A stretch of DNA of 64,000 nt from positions 1-64,000 of the forward strand of contig JBBQFH010000007.1 in the NCBI GenBank assembly GCA_038321865.1. Direction: 5' to 3'. The DNA is from Gemmatimonadales bacterium. Lineage in GTDB: Bacteria; Gemmatimonadota; Gemmatimonadetes; Gemmatimonadales; GWC2-71-9. Positions 39,698-49,307 of this stretch are shown in pieces. Position numbers and translations under genes: made by a program. The notes beneath the pieces are model-generated. The model was not told the DNA's origin. It saw only the letters and a program-made list of their open reading frames with translations, and made no database searches. Position 1 is the first letter of the stretch. Each line of letters opens with the position of its first letter.

Positions 39698-41257
39698 ATG
39701 CGATCAACCATCCTTCTCGCGGCCGGCCTCGTCACGGCGAGTCACCCCGCCGCCGCGCAACTCCAGCTCACACCTCGCGACTCCGCCCTCCATGCGCTGA
39801 ACCGGCTGGCGTACGGGCCCGCGCCCGGCCAGCTCGACTCGCTCGCACGCGGTGGCGTGATGCGCTGGATTGACGGACAGCTCGCTGCGCCCGTCCCCGA
39901 TCCCTCGCTGGTGCGCCTGGAAGGCCGATTTGATCTGCTGAAACAGTCTCCGGCCGAGCTTGCGGAACTCTTTCAGCAGGCGCGCCGGGAGCGGAGCGCG
40001 AGCGCCGATACGACGATGTCGGCTGCACCCCTGACGCCCACGCAGCGCAACCTGCGCCGGCTGCTCGTCGAGTCGGGGCAGCTCGCCGTCGCCCGGGCCA
40101 CGGTGGCCGACCACCAGCTCGCCGAGGTCATGACCGACTTCTGGGTCAACCACTTCAACGTCTTCGCCGGCAAGGGCATCGATCGGTACCTCCTGCCATC
40201 ATACGTGGAGCAGACGATCCGGCCCCGCGCGCTTGGCCGCTTCCGCGACCTCCTGATCGCGACCGCCGAGAGCCCGGCGATGCTCTTCTATCTCGACAAT
40301 GCACTCAGCGTGGCGCCGGGGGCCGTGCCTCCCGGCCGCGGCCGCGCGATGGCGGGCATCGCACCGCCCCGCCGGCCGAACGGCATCAACGAGAATTATG
40401 CCCGCGAACTCCTCGAGCTTCACACGCTCGGCGTGGACGGCGGCTACACCCAGCACGATGTGGTGGACGTGGCGCGCATCCTCACGGGCTGGGGCATCGA
40501 GCGGCCGCTCCAGGGAGGGGGCTTTCGATTCAACCAGTGGGCGCACGATACCGGGCCGAAGGTCGTGCTCGGTGTCACGTATCCGGCGGGCCACGGCCAG
40601 GACGAGGGACTGCGCCTGCTCGATCTCCTGTCGCGGAGCTCCGCGACGATACATCATGTCTCGGGGCAGCTCTGCGCGCGGTTCGTGTCGGACACGCACT
40701 CCGATGGGTGCGAGGACGCGGCCGTTGCCGCGTGGAAGCGGACGGACGGCGATATCCGCGAGGTGCTGCGGGCCATCTTCACCGCTCCGGATTTCTGGGC
40801 GCCGGCCGTCGTCGGGTCGAAGGTCAAGACGCCGCTGGAATTCGTCGTGAGTGCGGCCCGGGTGCTGGCCGCCCAGCCTGACACCACGCCGAGGCTGGCG
40901 CAGGTGGTCGGCCGCCTGGGGCAGCCGCTCTACCTGCAGAGCTCTCCGGCGGGCTATCCCGAGCGCCAGGATGCCTGGGTCAACAGTGGGGCGCTGCTCA
41001 GCCGGATGAACACTGCCGTCGCGATGGCGGACGGACGGCTGGCCGGCCTCACCGTCAACCTCGACGTGATCGCTCCGGTCGGACTCGCTCCCGACAGCCT
41101 GCTCGTCCTGCTCGACCGGCGCGTGTTGGGCGGCGGCATGACGGCCAACACCCGTGCCGTGCTCCGCGGCGAGATCCTGTCGGCCCCCGACCCGGCGACG
41201 GCACGCGCCCGCGCCGTCGGCCTCACCCTTGGCAGCCCGGAGTTTCAACGGCAATGA
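39698..41257 (+). CDS. DUF1800 family exported protein
   Basis: Signal peptide, HALNRLAYG, FWVNHF, NENYARELLELHTLG and C-terminal SPEFQ. Confidence 0.9.
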   Translation: MRSTILLAAGLVTASHPAAAQLQLTPRDSALHALNRLAYGPAPGQLDSLARGGVMRWIDGQLAAPVPDPSLVRLEGRFDLLKQSPAELAELFQQARRERSASADTTMSAAPLTPTQRNLRRLLVESGQLAVARATVADHQLAEVMTDFWVNHFNVFAGKGIDRYLLPSYVEQTIRPRALGRFRDLLIATAESPAMLFYLDNALSVAPGAVPPGRGRAMAGIAPPRRPNGINENYARELLELHTLGVDGGYTQHDVVDVARILTGWGIERPLQGGGFRFNQWAHDTGPKVVLGVTYPAGHGQDEGLRLLDLLSRSSATIHHVSGQLCARFVSDTHSDGCEDAAVAAWKRTDGDIREVLRAIFTAPDFWAPAVVGSKVKTPLEFVVSAARVLAAQPDTTPRLAQVVGRLGQPLYLQSSPAGYPERQDAWVNSGALLSRMNTAVAMADGRLAGLTVNLDVIAPVGLAPDSLLVLLDRRVLGGGMTANTRAVLRGEILSAPDPATARARAVGLTLGSPEFQRQ

Positions 41258-42498
41258 CCATCTCGCGGCGCGCGTTCATTCGTGGCGGCGGTCTGGCGGC
41301 GTTCAGCCTCGGGCTCGACCCCCTGTTCCTCGGGCGGGCGGCGTACGCGCTGGGCCCGCACCCGATTGCGACGCCGTCGGGGCGCACCCTCGTCTGCCTG
41401 TTTCAGCGAGGCGCCGTCGACGGACTGAGCATGATCGCCCCGCATGGCGAGTCCGCCTATTACAGCGAGCGCCCCCGGATCGCCATTCCGAAGTCCGAGC
41501 TGGTCGATCTCGACGGACACTTCGGACTGCACCCGCGCCTGGCGCCCCTGAAGCCCTTCTGGGACTCGGGCAGTCTGGCACTGGTGCACGCGGTCGGCTC
41601 GCCCGATATCACGCGAAGCCATTTCGACGCGCAGGATTACATGGAGAGCGGCACGCCGGGCGTGAAGTCCACGCCTGATGGCTGGCTCAACCGGCAATGC
41701 CAGCATGATCAGGAGCACGCCGCGACGCCGTTTCGGGCAGTCGCGTTCGGCCCCCAGCTCCCGCGGGCGCTGGCGGGACCGGCGCCGAGCCTCGCGATCA
41801 GCGACCTTCGAGCCTTCGGCGTCCGCGAGGAGCGGGGGGAGAATGATCGCCTCACGCGGGCGTTCGCAGCGCTCTACGAGGGGTCGGCCACCGGCCTGCT
41901 GGCGTCCTCGTCACAGGAAGGGTTCGCGGCAGTCCAGATGCTGAAGCATGCGAATCCCATGCAGTACAGCCCCGCCAACGGCGCCGAGTACCCCGGCGGG
42001 AGGCTCGGCATGTCGCTGCTTCAGATCGCGCAGCTGATCAAGTCGGGGGTCGGCCTCGAAATCGCATTCGCCGATGCGAGCGGCTGGGACACCCACGTGA
42101 ACCAGGGCTCGGCCGATGGACAGCTGGCGGTCCGGCTGGATGAGCTCGGACGTGCGCTGGCCGCCTTCAGCCGGGATCTGGGCGAGCGGATGCGCGACGT
42201 CGTAGTCCTCACGATGTCGGAATTTGGCCGGACCGTCGCGGAGAACGGGACCGGCGGAACCGACCACGGGCATGGAACGGCCATGATGGTGCTCGGCGGC
42301 GGCGTGCGCGGGGGCAAGGTTCACGGGCGCTGGCCCGGGCTGGGCCGTTCCGAGCGCTATGACGGCAGGGATCTCGCAGTCACGACCGACTATCGCGATC
42401 TGTTCTCCGAGGTGCTCGTGGGACATCTCGGCAGCCGTGACCTTGCCGCCGTGTTCCCGGGTCACCAGCCGAACTTTCCGGGCGTCATGCGGAGCTGA
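41254..42498 (+). CDS. DUF1501 family protein (Tat signal)
   Basis: SRRAFI, RGAVDGLS, RSHF, GWDTH, SEFGRT and GTDHG motifs. Confidence 0.9.
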   Translation: MTISRRAFIRGGGLAAFSLGLDPLFLGRAAYALGPHPIATPSGRTLVCLFQRGAVDGLSMIAPHGESAYYSERPRIAIPKSELVDLDGHFGLHPRLAPLKPFWDSGSLALVHAVGSPDITRSHFDAQDYMESGTPGVKSTPDGWLNRQCQHDQEHAATPFRAVAFGPQLPRALAGPAPSLAISDLRAFGVREERGENDRLTRAFAALYEGSATGLLASSSQEGFAAVQMLKHANPMQYSPANGAEYPGGRLGMSLLQIAQLIKSGVGLEIAFADASGWDTHVNQGSADGQLAVRLDELGRALAAFSRDLGERMRDVVVLTMSEFGRTVAENGTGGTDHGHGTAMMVLGGGVRGGKVHGRWPGLGRSERYDGRDLAVTTDYRDLFSEVLVGHLGSRDLAAVFPGHQPNFPGVMRS

Positions 42499-42605
42499 AG
42501 GGCTGGCGCGGCGCGCCAGCGGGTGCATCCTTAGCGTGAAGATGTGTACTGGGCCGCGACATTGCGCGTCTCCACTGCACTTCACGGCTTCGACGGGGAT
42601 CGCCC

Positions 42606-43748
42606 ATGACGCTGGCCCATGCGCCGCACAGCCGGCATCTTGCCGGGACTCTCCTCCTGTCGCTTTTCGTCGCCTGCACCCACAGCGACGCCTTCACCCC
42701 GCACGATTCCAGTACGTCAGAGCCCCTGGTCGCCGCCACGCCGACCCGCCTCACGTACAATCCCCAGGCAGACGTCGATCCGTTCTGGCTCCCCGATGGA
42801 ACCGGGATCATCTACGCGTGGGGAACGGGCGGCGCATTGCCGGGCGATCGCGACCAGTGCCTCGGCGAGCTGCCGGCGACTGGGGGGTCACTGCGGAACG
42901 TCCTCTGCAATCACGGTCCCTTCGCCTCCGACTCCATCGAGACGCTCGCCTGGCCGGCGGTGTCGCCAGGGAACCGGCTGGCCTACTCCCGCACATCGCG
43001 ATTTCGAACCGGCCTGGTAGACGCGACGGCCCTGGTCGTCGGTTCGCGAGCCGTCCCCGATTCCTTCGACTTCGTGCGCCGGTTCCCCTTCCAGATCGGA
43101 TCCAGCTTCTACCTCGCGCCGGCGTACACGTCCTGGCTGTCGGACAGTCTGCTCGTGTTCATCGGCCTGACCGATACTCCCGTCCCCTGCCCCGCTCCCT
43201 GCACCGGCATACTCGTACGCAGCGGCCGCGACATCCTGCGCGCGGACCTCCAGGGCGGAAGCGCCCTCGTCACAGCGGTCCCCGGAAGCGCGTGGGCCAC
43301 GTCCGTCGCCCGCGCGGGACCCGCGGACATCTACTTCACCACGGCCGGCTCGAGCCAGGTATTCCGCCAGGAGCTTGGCGGCGGGGCGAGTACCAGCGTG
43401 CATGATTTCGGCCCGGGGGGCATCGCGCGGGACGTCCAGGTGGCCAACAACCGGCTGGCGGCGATCGTCGGCGGCCTCGTCCAGCTCCGGCCCGACAACA
43501 CCAGCACGATTCAGGACGATATCGCCGGACGCCTTTTCATCGTCGACCTGGCCAGTGGCACCGAACGCGAACTGGCCGCGCCGGCGACGCTGTTCAGGCA
43601 CCCGGCGTTGTCACCGGATGGAGCCGAGGTGGTGGTCGAGGCGTTCCCGCTTCGGCTGGACGAAATCCGCGGTCCGGCCGGCACCCTCATTCGGGTCGAC
43701 ACGACGGTGACCGGCGGGCCCGATCTCTGGATGTTTCCGACCCAATGA
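42606..43748 (+). CDS. TolB/PD40-like beta-propeller lipoprotein
   Basis: Lipobox FVAC; repeats DPFWLPDG, PAVSPG and PALSPDG. Confidence 0.75.
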   Translation: MTLAHAPHSRHLAGTLLLSLFVACTHSDAFTPHDSSTSEPLVAATPTRLTYNPQADVDPFWLPDGTGIIYAWGTGGALPGDRDQCLGELPATGGSLRNVLCNHGPFASDSIETLAWPAVSPGNRLAYSRTSRFRTGLVDATALVVGSRAVPDSFDFVRRFPFQIGSSFYLAPAYTSWLSDSLLVFIGLTDTPVPCPAPCTGILVRSGRDILRADLQGGSALVTAVPGSAWATSVARAGPADIYFTTAGSSQVFRQELGGGASTSVHDFGPGGIARDVQVANNRLAAIVGGLVQLRPDNTSTIQDDIAGRLFIVDLASGTERELAAPATLFRHPALSPDGAEVVVEAFPLRLDEIRGPAGTLIRVDTTVTGGPDLWMFPTQ

Positions 43749-44869
43749 GAGGGGCGACCAGGGCCTCCGCGCTCGTGATCACCGTCGTCGCCATGACGGC
43801 GTGCGACCATTCCGGTGCGTTCGCGCCGGCTGACCAGCGCACGGCCGAGCCGCTGACGACCGGCTCACCGAGACGCATCACGTACAACGCCGGCGACGAC
43901 CGGACCCCCTCCTGGCTCCCTGACGGGAGCGGGATCATCTACTCCAGTGAGCAGATCAACCGCCGGGACCACGATCGCTGCCTGCAGGTGCTCCCGCCGA
44001 ACGGCGGAACGATCATGCAACGGCTATGCTACACCTCGGTGATCGCGTTCGATGACAGCACGGATCGCTACGAATCGCCGGCGGTGAGCTCATCGGGCCA
44101 GCTGCTCTACACCCTGGCCCGGGCCCGCATCGGCCTGCAGAAGGGCCCCCGCCAGGCACTCATGCTGGGGACGCTCGCGCAGCCCTTCGTCGGGGCGTCC
44201 GAGCTGACGCCGATCCCCTACTTCGCGTCGAGCGGGCGCACCCATTCGGCCATCGCCCAGCTGCAATGGGCCGGCGAGGGGCAGTTCGTCTATCTGGGCC
44301 AGATGCTGTTCTACGAGGGCTCCACTTTTCTGCCGGACACGTTTTACACCGGGCTCGACGTGGTCGTGGGCCGGCTGACCGAGTCCGGCGCCACCCTGAC
44401 GGCGGTGGCCGGCACCGACTACGCGTCCGGCGTCAGCGTCGATCCGCAATCGCCGGACATCATCTACTTCACGCTCGGCGGAGACTCCAGGGTCTACCGC
44501 CAGTCGCTCGCGACCGGCATCCGAACGACCCTCTTCGACTTCGGCGCCGGGCACATCGTGCGTGAACCCCAGGTCTTCGGCACCCATCTCGTGGCCGTCA
44601 TCGACGGAAGCGTCGAGTACGGCTTCGAGGACGCTCACGGGTTCGTGCAGCGCGATGAAGGCGGAGAGCTCGCCGTGGTCGACCTGGGCACCGGCATCGT
44701 ACAGCGGGACAGCCTTCCGGCCACCCTCTTTCGCCGGCCTGCGATTTCGCCGTCCGGTGACCGTGTCGTGGTCGAGGCGTCACCCCGGGTGCCGGTGCAT
44801 CTGGCCGCGCAGTCGGATTTCACCGCGATCAATCACCGTCCTGACCTCTGGCTCTTCGACCTCCCGTGA
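43745..44869 (+). CDS. TolB/PD40-like beta-propeller lipoprotein (paralog of the previous gene)
   Basis: Lipobox MTAC; repeats TPSWLPDG, PAVSSSG and PAISPSG. ATGA overlap. Confidence 0.75.
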   Translation: MRGATRASALVITVVAMTACDHSGAFAPADQRTAEPLTTGSPRRITYNAGDDRTPSWLPDGSGIIYSSEQINRRDHDRCLQVLPPNGGTIMQRLCYTSVIAFDDSTDRYESPAVSSSGQLLYTLARARIGLQKGPRQALMLGTLAQPFVGASELTPIPYFASSGRTHSAIAQLQWAGEGQFVYLGQMLFYEGSTFLPDTFYTGLDVVVGRLTESGATLTAVAGTDYASGVSVDPQSPDIIYFTLGGDSRVYRQSLATGIRTTLFDFGAGHIVREPQVFGTHLVAVIDGSVEYGFEDAHGFVQRDEGGELAVVDLGTGIVQRDSLPATLFRRPAISPSGDRVVVEASPRVPVHLAAQSDFTAINHRPDLWLFDLP

Positions 44870-47670
44870 CCACGCTCCGGAGATCCGACCTCATGCCCCT
44901 TCGACGTTGTGCAGTCCTCCTCGCGCTTGCCGCGGCGTCGCCGGCCGCACTCGCCGCCCAGGCCAGCGGCGCGCTCGGCGGCCGCATCCGGGACGCCGCC
45001 ACCGGACACGGCGTCGCCAACGCCATCGTGACGGTCGAAGCTGGCCGCCGGGGCGCGATTACCGATACGAGCGGCGCCTACCGCATTCGCGAGCTGAGGA
45101 GTGGAAGCTATGCGGTGCAGGTGCGCGCCATCGGGTATGCGCCCGCCACCCGCGACAGTGTGATCGTTCAGGGCGGACAAACTACCGTGCTCGACCTTGC
45201 CCTGCGTGCGGAAGCGGTGCAGCTGGCGCCCGTTGTCGTTGAGAGCCAGGACCCGGTGCTGGATCCGATGGCGACGGCGACGGAGCAGACGGTCACCGCG
45301 CAGGATCTGCATCAGCTGCCCGTCAGCTCCGTCGAGGAGGCCATCGCGCTCTCGGCAGGCGCGGTGGGGGAGAGCTATCGCGGCGGCCGGCTGGGGCAGG
45401 AGTCGTTCATCATCGACGGACTTGGCGTCAAGAACCAGCTTGACGCCTCGACCGGGTCGTTGGGCATCCGGGTGCCTCCCGACATCCTCACGGAAGCGTC
45501 GCTCGTCACCAACGGCTTTTCGGCCCGCTATGGACAGGCGCTCTCCGGACTGATCAACGTCGTCACCAAGGATGGGGGAGAGCGGTGGGCCGGCCGCGCG
45601 GCGTACGAAACCGATCGTCCGCTGAGCCAGGCGAACGATCTGGGACTCGACCGCGTCGTGCTGGAGGCGGATGGCCCGCTGATCGCCGGCATTCGTGCGC
45701 TGGCATCGGTCGATGCCACCGGCCGGCTCGATGCCGACCCGGTGAACGCGCCCGCGCCGGCCGACCCGCTCGATCCCCGGAACGACAATCCGCACATGCT
45801 GCCGCACAACAGCGGCGAACAGGTCAACCTCGCGGGCAAGCTGACGATCCCGTTCGGCTCGCACGAGACGCTGCGGCTGTTCGGCCTGCGCTCGACCGAG
45901 CAGCGCCTGTTGTACGATCCCGCCTTCAAGTACGACCCGAGCTTCGCACCTGGCAGCCGGACCGCCGGCATGCTGACCAGCGCCCACCTCCAGCACAGCA
46001 GCGGACCTGCGGCGCGGACTCCCCTCGTGGCCGACCTGCGCGTGGCTTATTTCAGCCGGGATTTCGTACGGGGCGAGCTGACGGCTCAGCCGGATCTCGC
46101 GTTCGGCGCCTTCAGCAAGAACCGATTTCGCTTCGTCGGCGAAGACATCGCGCGCGCGCAGGACACGACCACGGCAGCCGCCGCGATCACCGGATTTGGC
46201 CGGCCCCAGGCGAGTGAGAACAGCCCGTGGGGGGTGCCGGCATTTTTCCTGGGCGACGCGTCGCGGGGAGATATCGCCTGGAACCGGTTCGGGGAGCTCC
46301 GCACCCAGCTCGACCTCACGCTCGGCATCGGGGCCCGGGCCGATCTGTACGCGGGCGGCGAGGTGGTCCGGCAGAACGTCGAGACCTTCCAGCGCGTCCT
46401 CGGTTATCTGCCGGTCGGCGACAGTGTCCCCGCCGCGACCGCGTCCAGCTTCAAGCCGCTCGCGACGGCCGGATACGTGGAAACCCAGATCCGCGCGACC
46501 GATCTCGCGCTCACCGCCGGTATCCGGTACGACCGGTTCGACACCCGATCCGATCTGCCCGGGCGCACCGGCGGCCCGGCTCAACGCATTAATCCGCGCA
46601 TTGCCGTGTCCACCGTGCTCAAGGGCGCGACGGTCGTGGCCAGCGTCGGGTCGTTCAGCCAGGCGCCTGATTATCAGTACCTGGTCGACGCGGCATTTGA
46701 CGACACGACGCGGACGGGCCGCTTCCGCCAGGGCAACCCCGATCTCGGCTTCGAGCGCTCGTGGCAGTACGAGCTCAGCGTACGCGCCCGGCCGAAACCG
46801 GGGATCTCGGTTCGCACCGGCGTGTTCGTCAAACGCCTGCAGAACCTGGTGTCATCGGTGCCGCTGGGCGCGAACCCCGATTCCTCATTCTTCGGGAATG
46901 ACGACGTCGGGACCGTCCAGGGCGCCGAGCTGCTGGTGGAGCGCGAGATTCGGGGAGGATGGGGCGTCAAGCTCGCCTACTCGTTCCAGCGGGCCGAGGC
47001 CACTTCCACCAGCGCGTTCCTGCTGCGGCGCACCATTACCGTGGACCCGCTGACGCACGACACCACCTTTCCGGCCAAGGTTTCGTTCCCGCTCGATTAC
47101 GACCGGCGCCACACGGTCACCGCGATCCTCCGTGGCCAGGTCCCGGAAGGGACGGGTCCCCGCCTCCTTGGAGTGCGGCCCCTGGCGGGATTCGAAGCGG
47201 CGGTCATCGGGCGGTATCTGTCGGGGCTGCCGTATACGCGACGGGATTTCGGGGTCGATACCCTGCTCGGCGGCCCGAACGGCTCGCGGCTGCCGGCCAC
47301 TTCCAGTGTGGATCTGCTCCTCCGCCGGCCGCTGCGGATCGCCGGCGTGAGAGGCAGCGTGTATCTCGATGCGCGGAACCTGCTCAACCGAAGGAACATC
47401 GTCGCCGTGCGCCGCGATACCGGCGTGCCGGAGCCCAGCGACACCATCGTGGCGACCATGGCGCGCTCGGCGTACCTGGCGCATCCCGAGCCGATCCCCT
47501 ACGAGTCGCCGAGGTATCGCCGAGCGGCGGACATAAACGGAGACGGCCTGATCCAGGGTCAGGCCGAGTTGTTGCCGCTCTACCTTGCGGCCGCTCGAGA
47601 CTTTACCCAGCCGCTGTTCGCGTACGGGCCGCCGCGGGTAACCCGGATCGGCCTGGAGCTGGTGTTCTAG
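44866..47670 (+). CDS. TonB-dependent receptor with N-terminal carboxypeptidase-regulatory-like domain
   Basis: Signal peptide, GRIRDAATG, TDTSGAY, plug GFSARYGQALSGLINVVTK, GIRYDRFD, GNPDL and C-terminal LELVF. Confidence 0.9.
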   Translation: MTTLRRSDLMPLRRCAVLLALAAASPAALAAQASGALGGRIRDAATGHGVANAIVTVEAGRRGAITDTSGAYRIRELRSGSYAVQVRAIGYAPATRDSVIVQGGQTTVLDLALRAEAVQLAPVVVESQDPVLDPMATATEQTVTAQDLHQLPVSSVEEAIALSAGAVGESYRGGRLGQESFIIDGLGVKNQLDASTGSLGIRVPPDILTEASLVTNGFSARYGQALSGLINVVTKDGGERWAGRAAYETDRPLSQANDLGLDRVVLEADGPLIAGIRALASVDATGRLDADPVNAPAPADPLDPRNDNPHMLPHNSGEQVNLAGKLTIPFGSHETLRLFGLRSTEQRLLYDPAFKYDPSFAPGSRTAGMLTSAHLQHSSGPAARTPLVADLRVAYFSRDFVRGELTAQPDLAFGAFSKNRFRFVGEDIARAQDTTTAAAAITGFGRPQASENSPWGVPAFFLGDASRGDIAWNRFGELRTQLDLTLGIGARADLYAGGEVVRQNVETFQRVLGYLPVGDSVPAATASSFKPLATAGYVETQIRATDLALTAGIRYDRFDTRSDLPGRTGGPAQRINPRIAVSTVLKGATVVASVGSFSQAPDYQYLVDAAFDDTTRTGRFRQGNPDLGFERSWQYELSVRARPKPGISVRTGVFVKRLQNLVSSVPLGANPDSSFFGNDDVGTVQGAELLVEREIRGGWGVKLAYSFQRAEATSTSAFLLRRTITVDPLTHDTTFPAKVSFPLDYDRRHTVTAILRGQVPEGTGPRLLGVRPLAGFEAAVIGRYLSGLPYTRRDFGVDTLLGGPNGSRLPATSSVDLLLRRPLRIAGVRGSVYLDARNLLNRRNIVAVRRDTGVPEPSDTIVATMARSAYLAHPEPIPYESPRYRRAADINGDGLIQGQAELLPLYLAAARDFTQPLFAYGPPRVTRIGLELVF

Positions 47671-47689
47671 CCGATCGCACCCGAACATG

Positions 47690-47724
47690 AAAGGAGCCCG
47701 CCGGTCATCCGGCGGGCTCCTTTT
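47690..47724. terminator. Bidirectional intrinsic terminator
   Basis: AAAGGAGCCCGCCGG-TCAT-CCGGCGGGCTCCTTTT between convergent genes. Confidence 0.9.
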
Positions 47725-47742
47725 GCCTGGTCCTGCGGGCCG

Positions 47743-48510
47743 TCAGGGAAAGAACGGCGTCACGATGGCCAGCACCTGCGCCGCGGTCAGCGGCTCATCG
47801 AAGGCCTCCGTGCCCTGATTGGTCGCATCGGTGGTGACACCAGCGTGCAGCGTGGCGTTCTCGCCCGCGTAGACCGGCGCGATGGCGTTCACATCAGTGA
47901 AATTCTTCGTAATCCATGACTTCTGGCCACGCAGCCGGCGAACCTCGGCGGCGTGACGCGCCTCCACCGAGTGAATTCTCAGCGCGGTGCCCAGCGTGCT
48001 GGGCGACACCAGCAGCGCCGGGGCCGCTCCCTTGTAGGCGCGGACGCCGGTGTCTTCGAGCGCCTGCGACACGGCCTTGAACGTTGAGTAGTTCGAGAGC
48101 ACGTCGCCGAAGGCACCCCGTGCGGTCAGGTCGATCGCCGGTTTGGCGATGGCCGCGGTGCCGAGCACCGATTTCAGCAGCGCGATATGGGCCGTTTCGT
48201 GCTTGTTGATCTGGGTGAACACCAGCCGGTCCGCCGTCGGGATCAGGCCGCTCGCGGCCAGCCCCCTGGTGTAGAAATCCCCCTCGAGATACTCGAGCTT
48301 GAGCGCGAAGTTGAGCGTGTCGATGACCGACTGCGGCAGGCCGCCCTGGGCGAACGCCTCTTTCGCCATCAGCGCCAGCGCCACCGGGACCGACGCGGCC
48401 GCCATGGCCGCACCCATCGAGCCGCCACGACGGAAGATGTCGCGGCGCGAGACGATCCGCTCGGCGATCTCCGGGTCTTCGATCGTGTCGAGAAAGGTTT
48501 GATTCTTCAT
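47743..48510 (-). CDS. Ferritin-like domain protein (Ferritin_2, desiccation-associated type)
   Basis: LNFALKLEYLE, HETAH, EDTGVRAY and SVEARH motifs; SRRDIF leader. Confidence 0.9.
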   Translation of the reverse strand: MKNQTFLDTIEDPEIAERIVSRRDIFRRGGSMGAAMAAASVPVALALMAKEAFAQGGLPQSVIDTLNFALKLEYLEGDFYTRGLAASGLIPTADRLVFTQINKHETAHIALLKSVLGTAAIAKPAIDLTARGAFGDVLSNYSTFKAVSQALEDTGVRAYKGAAPALLVSPSTLGTALRIHSVEARHAAEVRRLRGQKSWITKNFTDVNAIAPVYAGENATLHAGVTTDATNQGTEAFDEPLTAAQVLAIVTPFFP

Positions 48511-48524
48511 GATCGAGTCCCCGG

Positions 48525-49223
48525 TCAGGGCAGTGAGGAAGTGATGGTCGCGTGCGTCAGGTCGGTCGCGCTGGCGAGCACCTGCGATGGCAGGGCGCTC
48601 CGGTCGAGGCCGTTTACATCCACCACGTCGTCACCGGCGAAGCCTGCCGCCGCGTTCTTCGGGGCCAGGATATCCCGAAGCACGGCAGCGTGGCGGGCCT
48701 CCACGGACACGATGCTTCCGAGTGCGGCGAGCAGATTCGCGTCGGTCAGAAGTGGACCGGCGCCGTTGTACGCGGAGACTCCCAGGTCCTCGAAGCCCTT
48801 CGCCGCGTTCAGCACTTCGGAGCGGGACGTGAAGTCGATGTTGGTAAAGTCGAACTCCAGCTTCGAGACCGCGTCGGCGCCGAGCGCGGTTTCGAGGAAA
48901 TCGCGGTGGATCACCTCATGGTCGCGAATGTCGGTGAGAATCTGCAGTTCGGGCGTGGTGATCCCGGTGTAGGGCGTTCGGGCCACCTGGATATAGAACG
49001 CGGCCTCAAGCTGCTCCAGCACGTATGCGTAGTTCAGGACGGCGGTGTCGCCGGTGCCGAGGGAGACGCTGTCGCCCGGGCCGGCCACGTCGGTCTTGCA
49101 ACCGACCGCCGCCACACCGAGCGTGATCCCCGACCACTTGAGAAAGGTCCGGCGCGAGGAGACCTGGGCGAGCCGGGAAAGGAACGCGAGTTCCGCACCC
49201 CCGGACTCCTGACGTGAATGCAT
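48525..49223 (-). CDS. Ferritin-like domain Tat lipoprotein
   Basis: SRRTFLK...AVGC leader; LNYAYVLEQLE, HEVIH, FEDLGVSAY and SVEARH motifs. Confidence 0.9.
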   Translation of the reverse strand: MHSRQESGGAELAFLSRLAQVSSRRTFLKWSGITLGVAAVGCKTDVAGPGDSVSLGTGDTAVLNYAYVLEQLEAAFYIQVARTPYTGITTPELQILTDIRDHEVIHRDFLETALGADAVSKLEFDFTNIDFTSRSEVLNAAKGFEDLGVSAYNGAGPLLTDANLLAALGSIVSVEARHAAVLRDILAPKNAAAGFAGDDVVDVNGLDRSALPSQVLASATDLTHATITSSLP

Positions 49224-49307
49224 GCGAGATGACCCCCGATGAAGTGAACGAGACCCGCCGGACGGCCCTGCAATAATAGCTGGAATGACTCCTGTCGGCC
49301 CTGCTGA

